A stretch of 63,850 bases of DNA, filler included, from Trichomonas gallinae (Eukaryota): the NCBI GenBank assembly GCA_008369845.1. It is 4 parts of 4 records of this genome, joined end to end, with 100 filler letters (N's around TTAATTAATTAA, not from the genome) between each part and the next. Parts side by side here need not be neighbours in the genome. Positions count along the whole stretch, not along the records: positions 26,274 to 58,247 come from MRSU01000071.1; positions 58,348 to 61,872 come from MRSU01000085.1; positions 61,973 to 63,850 come from MRSU01000091.1; 1 more part is not named here. One strand, 5' to 3'. Shown piece by piece: positions 53,701-63,234 of the stretch. The notes under the pieces are model-generated. The model searched no databases, had not been told where the DNA came from, and saw nothing but the letters and a program-made list of their open reading frames with translations. The stretch's first letter is position 1. Every line of letters starts with the position of its first letter. Made by a program: the position numbers and the translations under genes.

Positions 53701-54619
53701 CATTGACAAACAAAGCTGTAGCTCCTGGGCCAATAAATTGGATCATTCTTTGAATTTGTTTTGCATCTTCTTCTGTAGCTGAGATATTCTTTAATTGAGG
53801 AAGAAGAACAGGATAGTTTTGTGTTAATTCGGAAATTGTTGCAATCGGATCCTTAGAATTCTGAATAAATTTGATTATTTGTGTGGAAACTCTGGTTTTC
53901 TTTCCACGCTTTGTGTCTTTTAAGTTAGGTGTAAGTCCGATGTTTTCGAATGTTTTCTTTGGAATTGTCTTAGAAGAAGCCCTAATTTGTTTTCTTTGAT
54001 CTCCAACTTTGAATTCCATCGAGTATTTAAACGGCTTTAGCTGTGCACCATAGCCAGAAAGCATCATCCGCTCTGTTGAATGTCCATATGGACGAAATAC
54101 AAACTTAATTTCATTTTCTTTAGAGATCAAGTTTGTATAGATTTTAGTCCAGTCATTGGAATCCAAATCAGCATATAATATGTATTTTGACTCACCTGAC
54201 CCGAAAACTGGCTCATAATCGTAGAATTCTGATTTGCATTCAGGCAAATCGCTAACAGAATTCATAACTGCGTTGTTACATCTAATATTTGAGCCACTAG
54301 GATGCTCACCAAGTGATCTATAGTTTTGAACACGTGGACTATAGTAGTGAATTTGTAATGAAAAGTTCAATAAATTGCGTTGTTCGTTATCTAAGAAGTC
54401 ATTCATTGTTGACAAGACTTCATTAATCGTTTTCGGTTGTTTTTTCATCTGCTGGAGCTGTTCTACGTAATCCCAAAACAGAGAATGGTCAATATCCTGG
54501 AGAAAACATAAAACTTCCGCAACAAGTGAAGTTTGATTCCATGGTGCTGCAACTTCACCATGTATTTGAGCCTGATTTAAAAATTGGCTGCAAGATAAAA
54601 CAAAAAATAAAGAAATCAT
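50729..54619 (-). CDS. UGGT: UDP-glucose:glycoprotein glucosyltransferase
   Basis: Signal peptide; LSGYGA.L; GT24 domain IHVFFVSSGHLYERL, YKWPRWL, WGYKILFLDVMFP, IYIDSDQ, YHISALF, NLDQDLPN, SLPQEWLWC.SWC, TIDLCNNP.TKE.KL; C-terminal SKEL. Confidence 0.97.
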   Translation of the reverse strand: MISLFFVLSCSQFLNQAQIHGEVAAPWNQTSLVAEVLCFLQDIDHSLFWDYVEQLQQMKKQPKTINEVLSTMNDFLDNEQRNLLNFSLQIHYYSPRVQNYRSLGEHPSGSNIRCNNAVMNSVSDLPECKSEFYDYEPVFGSGESKYILYADLDSNDWTKIYTNLISKENEIKFVFRPYGHSTERMMLSGYGAQLKPFKYSMEFKVGDQRKQIRASSKTIPKKTFENIGLTPNLKDTKRGKKTRVSTQIIKFIQNSKDPIATISELTQNYPVLLPQLKNISATEEDAKQIQRMIQFIGPGATALFVNGRKLSGYDINAFTIYETLRDEYNIHSILKKSFDLNDESLENFEKSGHRPKPAQQPFIDLRHQDFLYWINDLEKDEKYQKYSPSLITFVSDSENWPNVARNVANVIFLLDPAETDDMNVIAYLDDLIEIQYPVRFGYIITPKHSSALSKKIYYAFAHLAQKYGINFAHKFLLRVNDQRSYLDEKTRKRGPIKQGFWKQAFSAVANQRSSPSFDKMSDFYKPTSPESIFLSRLKKHINRIGVSSPAIILNGMIVEAPNPESYLQSFLKEELKQVRDLMSNQKIYEDSPDIHDAILKARNAMLRFNPLVQKTDKEFTETVKIGRFCNQALRSLAKWMQEIKYQHGSSYSVKNQTSWIFFNTDDESSMPELESYANELMNKESSRIAVFKKNNLPPEIICRMIGIPNNKITVVFNGRVVRFDPQDFSRYDLQLLEMVESSYSTNFATKYLKLSQNSRTLGQSKTHRELSDSLLFMLMHISSLAHSGMLHTGAPLSAFEPGPLNVHRSRKEKGELSIYAAVDPFSFDGQRLASILPLISNLSVSMLVNPPPSIEKDHLEPLSCFYRLSTDRNGFNFEFLNSSTTYSLVEDVPASWQTIREKAAFDIDNIVGDDLQKGTHDVVFGLKSLIIEGCEANSKGRIVPAVEFTLKTMTGQFVDETRVINSNGYWQLMAVPGVYSVTTNTDDTFKVVVDSFNHPFEFRESGPDAYVASNRSKIDDGKIHVFFVSSGHLYERLMRIAILSIIKHTKSPVKLWLLENFASPSFRESLKEYSAKYGFEYQFCSYKWPRWLPREEARQRTFWGYKILFLDVMFPNDLRRVIYIDSDQIIKTDLRDLMTMDFNNCPYAFTPFCNDRPEMAEYRFWEVGYWQNLLNGKPYHISALFAVDLPEYRSRDVGGMMRKGYMDLHSDKESLSNLDQDLPNMMQNRGAPIFSLPQEWLWCGSWCSDATMSKARTIDLCNNPRTKEGKLEYAKKHIPEWIPYDEEANGAFSKEL

Positions 54620-55004
54620 CGCATTATTGACACTTTTTGTAATGTAAACTTCATTTCAGCATCAAAAAATATTCATTAGAACATCAAAACTCATCATTAT
54701 AAATTTCTACTAAATAGTGGTTTCCTGAGAGAATTACCGCATATTACCACGTAATTCCACATAAAAATGTTTTATTAACATGATATAAGATTTTGCACGA
54801 TGATATTTTCAACACAGTACATTGGCAGCGGTATATCTGTATATAGTTCATGGCTCAATAGAATTTTTTTTACTCAAGAAAAATATTCATGCTGTTCTTT
54901 AATATTCAGAAATTTAGCTTCAATGGATGAACAATATTTAGAAATTTAATAAAATGATCCAGATCTGAAAGAAATTTAATATATCATAGATGAATCATTT
55001 TCTC

Positions 55005-55139
55005 TGACATGTAAATACGATCTTTGACATGTAATAATAATAATTTTTGCCATTTAAAATGTATTTTTAGCATGTAAAATAATTTAATTGACATATAAAC
55101 ATTAAATCTGCCACATAAAATATCTTTCTGTCATGTAAA
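55005..55139 (+). promoter_or_regulatory. seven-copy phased TGHCAYRTAAA array in the UGGT/TBC divergent promoter
   Basis: Copies start at 55005, 55025, 55048, 55068, 55089, 55109, 55129. Confidence 0.7.
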
Positions 55140-55374
55140 ATAATGACAGATGATGATTTAAAATCTGTCCTCTTTCGATTTTAGTTATGATATAAGTTAA
55201 GCATATAATTTTGGAGATATTTCTCGTAGAAAGTGAGATGTTATAGATAAAATTGAAGTGAAAATTATTTTATTTCTAATTAAAAATTTAGCGAGAAATA
55301 TGATATAATAAGTCTAAAAATTGTGTTTTCGCAATAAAATTTCCTAAAATTTTTGTACAAAAAGATATAAAAAG

Positions 55375-56499
55375 ATGGAATTGCCCGAGTTTAAGATCTT
55401 TAACTTGATCCAGCCAGGCCCAGAGAACATAGACGTTGACAAAATAAGGGAATTGACCAGGTTCGGCATCATAAATTGCATGCCAGAGGATAGATTAAGC
55501 GCATGGCTTGTTTATCTTCAAGTATATCCGTTAGATGCTAACGAATGGCCAGAAGTAAAACAGAAGAACATGGATGTGTACAAAATGTACAAAGAAATGC
55601 AGGATTTAAACGATTTTCATAATCTTTCGTTTAAACAATTCTTCAAAAAAGACGATTTTCCTGTCAAAAACAAAGACCTTATGAACCTTATTCACGGAGA
55701 CATCGTCAGAACTGGTCGTCACATCATGAAATTACCAGAATTTCCATTGCCAGGAGTCGAATATGACGCTTTGATCAACGGAGAGGTCAACATCTTGAAG
55801 TGGGAGGGCCACATGAGAAGAATGGAGAGGATTTTGTACATCATGGGCTCAATTAATCCAGCTCTTAGTTATATGCAGGGATTTAATGAACTTTTGATGC
55901 CAATTTATATTACAGTATATGATGCAAGGGCTATGCTTAACGGTGACCTCGACGAAGTTGAATGTTTATGCTTCTTTATGCTGCATAATTTAATTTCTCG
56001 CACACAAATTACAGATTTGTTCACTACTCAAGATAAATCATCAATCATTATCCACAGACTCAAAGAATTCTCGACGATTCTCGAGAAACACGTTCCAAGA
56101 GCTTTCGGAATCATTGATAAGTTCCAGATCCACCCAGTTTGCTACTGCTACAGGTGGTTCAGCTTGCTCTTCTGCCAGGACTACGATTTATCCAAAGTTT
56201 TGATCATTTGGGACGCACTTCTTACGAATTTCGATATAATTGTGAGCTACTCCTTCTACATCGGCGCAGCGCAAGTAGAAATGGTCAAAGATTCACTCAG
56301 TGAGGAAGAATACGCAGCAACAATTCAGTGCCTTCAGAATCTTCCAGATTTCGACGTCGCAGCTCTTCTAAAGATCGCAGCAAACTTCTGGTTCATCGAC
56401 AACGACAAGACAATTCATGGCTCTTTGAAGGAGGCCGAAGAGTTCATCAAGAACAAGTTCGACATCACGGCAAAGAAATTCATGAAGTTCTTCAACTAG
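55375..56499 (+). CDS. TBC-domain Rab GTPase-activating protein (TBC1D13-like)
   Basis: IHGDIVRT (IxxDxxRT arginine finger), YMQGFNEL (glutamine finger), RWFSLLF.Q, IWDALL. Confidence 0.93.
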   Translation: MELPEFKIFNLIQPGPENIDVDKIRELTRFGIINCMPEDRLSAWLVYLQVYPLDANEWPEVKQKNMDVYKMYKEMQDLNDFHNLSFKQFFKKDDFPVKNKDLMNLIHGDIVRTGRHIMKLPEFPLPGVEYDALINGEVNILKWEGHMRRMERILYIMGSINPALSYMQGFNELLMPIYITVYDARAMLNGDLDEVECLCFFMLHNLISRTQITDLFTTQDKSSIIIHRLKEFSTILEKHVPRAFGIIDKFQIHPVCYCYRWFSLLFCQDYDLSKVLIIWDALLTNFDIIVSYSFYIGAAQVEMVKDSLSEEEYAATIQCLQNLPDFDVAALLKIAANFWFIDNDKTIHGSLKEAEEFIKNKFDITAKKFMKFFN

Positions 56500-56567
56500 T
56501 TCGATAAATATTCTCTTGTTTATTACATCTTTTACTCATTGTTTATCGAAAACATATTTTTTATTTA

Positions 56568-56819
56568 TCATCGAAAGAAATGAATATGGACAAAAACAAG
56601 ACGTGTGCATTGATTGGAGAATAATAAATGGCAAGAGCATGGCTTCAACATAATGATCTCAGACTTTCTGTTGCCTGTCCAAATTCCATTGCTCATAGCC
56701 GCATCATTCATGAATGATTCGGCTATGAAAAGGAAGCCGGGTGTTTTGTAAGATGATGCAGTGAATGTGTAACCAGAGCCACCTGCTCCAGTTATGCCTT
56801 CTGCATCACTACCAATACT
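56568..56819 (-). pseudogene. 3' fragment of a glycine-rich (Gly_rich/loricrin-like) trichomonad gene
   Basis: Minus frame reads ..GITGAGGSGYTFTASSYKTPGF..MSNGIWTGN..EIIML..* with no start or N-terminal part. Confidence 0.5.
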
Positions 56820-57313
56820 TATTATTCGAGCTGGAAGATTTGAAATTTAAAAACGTAAAAAAACGTCACCAAAATGTGTGAAAACTATTATGTTATCATG
56901 CATATGATTATTTTCACTTTAAATCGTTTGCAAGATAATTTTATTACTTGTTGACATAAAATAACAGGAAAGATAAATGACATACATGAATTATTACTTA
57001 GTTTTTGCCAAAACGTCTTTATCTGCCGCGCTCTTCCTTTTAGTAATGAAAGTTCTTATTTCTCCACAAGTTTATGTCCACAATCCTAGTGGTGGAAGTA
57101 AATGCATTGATGCAACAAATACTTATTATTCGAGCTGTATTTCGAATACTTCCTGCTCGAATAATTCATCATTTAATCGAAAAACTCTCGCATCACAAAT
57201 TTAAAACACAACAAACAAACAATGTGTCATTCATCATGATTCTCATTGCACTGCTATTAATTACACTCGCAATCGAGAGAAATCTCTTTATGAAATTGTT
57301 CATAGTCTTATTG

Positions 57314-57950
57314 ATGATAAATCATCAAATTCTGCCTCATTTTTGTTTCTCTCTCCACAACGATAACAGCATCTGGAGCCGTTTTGTTGGCGAAGGTGTT
57401 CAACATACTCCTTACTATGGAACTCAAGAATCGAAAATCAGCAAACCGGGGAATATCTACGTTTTCCTTGCTGAATTCATTGGCCTCCGTCCAGATGGAT
57501 CTATTAGAGTCAAAAATGAAGCCACAAATAATGTTTTGATTTCAGAATCCTTCTTTTCTAGTTCATACTCCACTGGAAAAGGTGGATCCATCTACGTCAA
57601 AGGTGGCTCCTGCATCCAATACCGCGAAAGAGTGTGTCATGCATCATTGGAATAATAATCAATATGTTTCTCACTGCAATGTTATTAATAACACTCACAA
57701 CAGAAAAGGTGATAATTATGGAATTGTTTATAATAATGGTTGTGACCTTCTTGAAATCAGTTTCTGTGTTTTCTCATCAAATTCTGGCCCATCTTTGTTC
57801 TACAATAGTTATGTAAAACTTTATTCCGATGGAAAATTTGTTGTTGATAAATGTTTTCTTGATAATAACAATGTTGAAACAAATGTAACAGGTTCATATG
57901 ATATTGTTAGTCTTAACACAACACAAGAATGTGAAGCTAATCGAGAATGA
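57314..57950 (+). pseudogene. frameshifted/internally deleted Pmp-like beta-helix gene
   Basis: Frame A has GSIRV, VLISESFF, GKGGSIYV..GSCIQ and stops at 57655. Frame B continues VSHCNVINN..YGIVY..ISFCVFSSN..VDKCF. Confidence 0.6.
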
Positions 57951-58247
57951 GACTCCAAAGGTCGAAAATCCATTTAAAAACCCAAAAATATTCAGATTAA
58001 AGCGAAGGTAACAAACTATATTTTACGTATCATTTCTATTATATTATGCAAGAATGAGAAAACTGAATTCACGCAGTTTTGTGTAAATGCAACATCTCAT
58101 ATTCCTATGTGCAAGACAAATCAAGCGATTTTCTAGGTAAATGTTTACTGAATGCATATGAATTGATTGTATGATCAATAAAATTGTTTGAATTATAGGA
58201 AGTAAAGAAAAGAAACGATTTGAACGTATATTCAATTGGATCTATAT

Positions 58248-58347
58248 NNNNNNNNNNNNNNNNNNNNNNNNNNNNNNNNNNNNNNNNNNNNTTAATTAAT
58301 TAANNNNNNNNNNNNNNNNNNNNNNNNNNNNNNNNNNNNNNNNNNNN
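58248..58347. other. artificial contig-joining spacer
   Basis: 44 N + TTAATTAATTAA + 44 N. Confidence 0.97.
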
Positions 58348-58484
58348 GGAGAAACTTTCTTGTGGAGGCTCTTTTTCGGTCTCTTCACTGGTGCAACCTC
58401 GCGTGTAGCAAGCTCTGTCTCTGGATGGATAACAGCACGCGGAGGTTTAGTGACTGGAAACCTAGGAAGCTTACCACCACTCAT
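58348..58484 (-). CDS. 5' part of a small basic protein, possibly 60S ribosomal protein L36
   Basis: MSGGKLPRFPVTKP..KRPKKSLHKKVS, GC-rich coding codon style, truncated by the spacer. Identity tentative. Confidence 0.45.
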
Positions 58485-58570
58485 TTTGGAAAAATAACGT
58501 ATTTATTTTTTTGTCGGTTATTTTTTTGAGATTTTTTTTAATTAAAAATTATTTGTTTTTATATCATTAC

Positions 58571-58938
58571 AAATCCAAAAAAACTAATTTTCATGCCTCA
58601 AAATCTATATTTTCAAATTTGAAATTTTCAAATTTTGTTATTTTTAAATTTTTAGTATTGGATTAAATTATATGTAACATATTAATTGATAATATTTCTA
58701 AAATTCGTTCTAATTTTTGATATTTTTTACAAAAACTTGATAAACACAGTATAATTTCATTTATAGCATAATAAATTCAAAAAACCAATTTTTATGCTTT
58801 AAAATCGATATTTTCAAATTTGAAAATTAAAAAATCTTGCTATTTTGCGATATTTAGTATTGTATTTTATTATATATGATATGATAACCCATAATAAAGC
58901 AGTTATTTGATCTAATCTTTGATATTTTCTCACAAATT
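58571..58938. repeat. AT-rich tandem duplication, ~200-bp period
   Basis: aaaatc.atattttcaaatttgaaa, tttagtattg and tctaat.tttgatatttt each recur about 202 bp apart. Confidence 0.75.
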
Positions 58939-59199
58939 AAAATATTTTATTATTTTACAAAATGTGATATGTAAATATGTTCTGTAGCATATAATTATCA
59001 ATGATATTAATATAATTTGATTTGAATTTTGATTTTTTGACAAAATAAAATATCCATATAAATTCTAATATTTTATTTCTCAGTGCACTAAAATTCTCAT
59101 AAAGATCATTATTTGCCTATCTTTAATGATAGATTTTAGAAATATTATCCATGAAAAATATTTTGTTAGTGATTCAATAAAATTGGTTTAGTGAACTGC

Positions 59200-60114
59200 T
59201 TAGTCTTGGGCCCAGAAGTTCAATCCGATTCCAAGAATATCGACACCGAAGAAATCTTGATAATTGTAGAAGCTGTAGAAGCGGTCGAGTTGCTCCAACT
59301 TTTTCATGTGCTCGGCTTTGAGTGTGAAATTCATGTCAGTATTGGCCTTAACGTTGACTGGATTCAAATATTTAGGTGACTTCTGGATCAAATATTTGAT
59401 GCAGACTTGGGCTGTTGTCTTCTTGACATCATCAGCGACAGCTTTGACGACTGGATCCTGGATGAGAGGAACACCGAATGGTCCTTTCATTGGTGGATGT
59501 CCGATTGTTGTGTGTGCCATCAAATAGATGTTGTTTTCTTCGCAGTAGTGGAGGAGTGGCTTGTTCTGCCTGTAGAGATTGCATTCAACCTGGATTGCAT
59601 ATGGCATAATCTCGCAGTTGTATTTGATTCTGTCAAGCATTTCGATCGTGAAGTTTGAAACGCCGATGTATCTTGTTAATCCTTTCTTCTGGACTTCTTC
59701 CATGGCCTTATATGTCTCGAGGATATCGATTTGCTCGAGATAGATCTTGCCCTTTGCGTTCTTTGGATATGGATCCTTAGAGCCTGAGAGGAGAGCGATT
59801 GGTTGGTGGATTAAATATAAATCAAGGTAATCAAGCTTGAGCTGCTTCAGTGTATCGCGTAACTCTGGCTCAACGAGATCCTTCCTGTGACTTGTTGACC
59901 AGAGCTTTGATGTGATGAACATATCCTTTCTCTGGATCTTGCCCTTTGCGAATACCTCTTGGAGGACTTCGCCAATGACTGTTTGGTTGCCGTAAACCCA
60001 TGCGCAATCGATATGTCTAACGCCGCATTCTTCGATTGCATATTTGAGGGCGTTCTTAAGCTTGGTGACATCATTAGCCTGGAATGTTCCAAAACCAATT
60101 TGTGGTATCTGCAT
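59200..60114 (-). CDS. aldo-keto reductase
   Basis: IPQIGFGT, RHIDCAWVYGN, FITSKLW, LDYLDLYLIHQP, IGVSNF, QVEC; D/Y/K/H tetrad present. Confidence 0.93.
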   Translation of the reverse strand: MQIPQIGFGTFQANDVTKLKNALKYAIEECGVRHIDCAWVYGNQTVIGEVLQEVFAKGKIQRKDMFITSKLWSTSHRKDLVEPELRDTLKQLKLDYLDLYLIHQPIALLSGSKDPYPKNAKGKIYLEQIDILETYKAMEEVQKKGLTRYIGVSNFTIEMLDRIKYNCEIMPYAIQVECNLYRQNKPLLHYCEENNIYLMAHTTIGHPPMKGPFGVPLIQDPVVKAVADDVKKTTAQVCIKYLIQKSPKYLNPVNVKANTDMNFTLKAEHMKKLEQLDRFYSFYNYQDFFGVDILGIGLNFWAQD

Positions 60115-60120
60115 GATTCG

Positions 60121-60127
60121 AAAGTGA
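60121..60127 (-). promoter_or_regulatory. Inr TCACTTT
   Basis: Minus strand reads tTCACTTTcgaatcATG. Confidence 0.7.
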
Positions 60128-61179
60128 AGTTATTTAATTTGAATGTTTCTATGAAATTCTGAAAATTTTTCATAAATTGTTCAATTTTTGTGAAGATATA
60201 CGTATTAGTGATAAAAATTGGATTGGTTGTGAAATAAATTTGAATAGTTATGTGCAAATTATCCAAATATTTTCTTATTAAAATTGAGATCAATTTAATT
60301 TGAATTTTTTGACAGCCATCCAATCATTTTTGTAATGGATTGAAATAAAAAATGTTCATTAGATTTAGCCATGTTAATTCAAGAAATCAATAAACAAACA
60401 AGCGAGTACGAAACTGAAAAATTTCACCTTTTTGACAATTCGCGAATTCATATTTATAACCTTATTTATTGCTAATTCATATGAACCTAAACTCTTTATG
60501 CAGACGTTTTTTTAACTTAAATAGCATCAAGTTTTGTTTGGTATGGTTATATAAAACACCTGTGAATTCGGCTCGAGTTTTATTTTACGAAAATGTTACA
60601 AAATTTGAATGTTATTTTTTCTTCTACATTGCAAATTAATCATAACATTGGCAAAATGATTACTGATGCCCATGACAATTATTATCAATTAGATGAGAAT
60701 CATTATTCAATGAATTTCAAAAATGATGATTTTTTCAAAATAACAATCATGATTCACAATTAATACAATATATCACTCATGTAAAATAGTTCATTGGTTG
60801 TATTCAAAATCATTCAAATAAAATGATAAAAATTGAATTTATAAACAAAAAAATTCATTCAATATTACAAATATATAATCGATATTAGGATATATACATA
60901 CTATTCGCCATTACAAATTTTAATGAACTGCAATTAAAGGTGTGGAAACTTCGAAATCATCGGGCAAATCACTCCAAATCTTGCAGGGAATATATAGTAC
61001 CCCACTAGGTACTATTTAGTCAAAATTATTATATGAAGACTGTCGTTTTTCCTAAAAATGTAATACAAATTAGTAACCAGAAAAAGTTTAACTTCTACAC
61101 AAAAAATATTAATTTCTATTTCAATGTCAATTATATTTATTAGCATGATTGCCATCTTCATATATGCCGTTTATATTCG

Positions 61180-61858
61180 CAAGCGTCATCGTAAGATTGA
61201 AAATAGAATAACATTAGAAAAAACACAAATAGAAGAATTTGGTTGACATATTTGAACAAATAATGATTTTTCTTAATGAAATTTTCATAACAGGATTCTA
61301 CTGAAGCATGATCAAGATATTTTGCATGTATTCTCTATATGGATTATACCTATTTAAAGAGTTTGGGCCAAATTGCTAGGTTATTGTCATATGTATAGTC
61401 TATTCCAGTTAATATTTATATATGATGAATTTCTCATTAGCACTTGACGTAGTTAATATCTTTGTGGCATTGTTATATGATGATAGCGAATTCTTTGAGG
61501 AAAATCGTTCAAATATTTACTGGAAGCCATATATAATAGACTTTTGGTGTCCTATGTTTTGTTACTTTGCCATAAGCATGCCGAACTTTGCAAAAATGAC
61601 CATTTTGCTGCCTCCAATACAATCATGATTATTTTCCACAAATTATTGAGAAATGGAAATCGATGATATACTTGGTATATATGAGCCTTCATCTAAGATG
61701 TACTGCATTCTTCATGACGAACTTGAACATTTTGCAGTTGAAATGGGTCCAGTCATTGAAGAAGATAAAATAAAATTGAAAAAGAAGAAATTTGAAGATA
61801 AAAGGAATAACAGCATTGCATATTGCATCATCCAAAAAAAAAAAAAAAAAAAAAAAAA
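61180..61858 (+). pseudogene. degraded ankyrin-repeat gene relic
   Basis: Broken frames. A +1 shift from the 61653 ORF gives GITALHIAS (61804-61830), an ankyrin repeat start, followed by an A25 run at the contig end. The left boundary is approximate. Confidence 0.4.
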
Positions 61859-61872
61859 TGTTCACACTTTTT

Positions 61873-61972
61873 NNNNNNNNNNNNNNNNNNNNNNNNNNNN
61901 NNNNNNNNNNNNNNNNTTAATTAATTAANNNNNNNNNNNNNNNNNNNNNNNNNNNNNNNNNNNNNNNNNNNN
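61873..61972. other. artificial contig-joining spacer
   Basis: 44 N + TTAATTAATTAA + 44 N. Confidence 0.97.
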
Positions 61973-63234
61973 ACGAAAGATGTATGCATCTCTGTTGTGA
62001 AGCTTGTGTCAGCAAATGTTGTTACACTTTCTGTTGGGTCGTCCGAGCGTGGATTAAATGGTGTTTCACCGCACTTATCGCCAACTGTACCGAAGAGTGC
62101 ATAAGTGAAAGCTTTGTCTGGATCATTTGTCCATCCTCGAGCGTTGTGGCCAACAAGTGTCTCCCATGGAACTTGTTTGTAGCCTTGAATACCATCTTCT
62201 ACTGAGTTCCAGTTGCAATATCCATCGAACATGAGTTCATTACCAGCACCTTTTCCAAAGCTGGTAGATATTGTATCTGATTTATCTCCAGAGAAGCAGC
62301 ATTTGTGTGTATCAAGGCGGCGCTGCATAGTAGATACTTGTTTTGAAGTACGAGAAACTCCAAACTTGTTATCTGAGACAAATAATAATGCACCGCCACC
62401 ACGTATACGGAATTTAGGAGAATAGCTATTTTTATCGAGATTATCAACTTCTTGGTTATCTATTGTAAGTTTGTTAGTACCAAAATGACGGAATGGGGTG
62501 GTCTTAACTACATTGTTAGTAAATTTTACCCTGAAGAATTTCAAATGATCGGAATTATGCGCGTATATTCCAGCACCGCCAAAGTTGGCCGTATTATCAT
62601 TGATTTCTGATGACTCTATGTAAGATTCATAACTCGATGCGAAGGTCATTGCCCCACCATATTCATAAGCCACGTTACTGGTATAATTCGAATTCTGGTT
62701 GATAAACTTATATGCAGCACCGACTGAAGAAACCGTGGGATTCTTATAATTTCCTTGGAAATAAACGGCACCACCATATCTCAGGGCAATATTTTGTTTG
62801 AATTCATTTGCATAAAGATATGTTGGAGAAGCAATTGCAGAAACTGCACCACCAATTGAACCAATATTATTTTTGAATAATATGGTCTGTTTGTCAGTAT
62901 TTGATTTGGAGGAGCTACCACTGTAGAGTGTCGTATGAGTAAGTGAAATAGCACCACCTGCACTTGAGCTAGCTCCAGATCCGAAGGCATAGTTATCCAA
63001 AAATTTGCACCCATCCTGAATTGTTATTGAACACTTAAAATATGTCAATGGGCGTTGTCCGCTAGAGTATCCGGCAGTAATAGTACGATCGAAGTTTGAG
63101 TTTTGCAAGTAATAATCGTTCTCATTTCCTTCAAATAGTTGGAATATTGGAGTATTTTCCTGTGCAAGTACAAGTTCTTGGTCAAAGGAATTTGTGTATC
63201 GAATGGATAATAATAAAGAAGTCATAATTGGCAT
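61973..63234 (-). CDS. Pmp-like (chlamydial polymorphic membrane protein repeat) surface protein, 3'-truncated
   Basis: Repeated FxxN + GGA(I/V/M/L): FLDN..GGAIS, FKNN..GGAVS, FKQN..GGAVY, GGAMT, GAGIY, FTNN..GGALL; Thr-rich stalk runs into the spacer. Confidence 0.88.

Noticed and set aside
55005..55139. CRISPR-like reading of the regularly spaced motif array
   Set aside because: Repeats are only 11 bp and degenerate, spacers are ~9-12 bp, there are no cas genes, and the context is eukaryotic.
60994..61015. 8-bp inverted repeat ATAGTACC..GGTACTAT
   Set aside because: Short and AT-containing, with no CTRR end or other support.
61834..61858. A25 run as retroposed poly(A) tail
   Set aside because: It lies at a contig end mid-ankyrin repeat with no visible TSD; homopolymer length is unreliable there.
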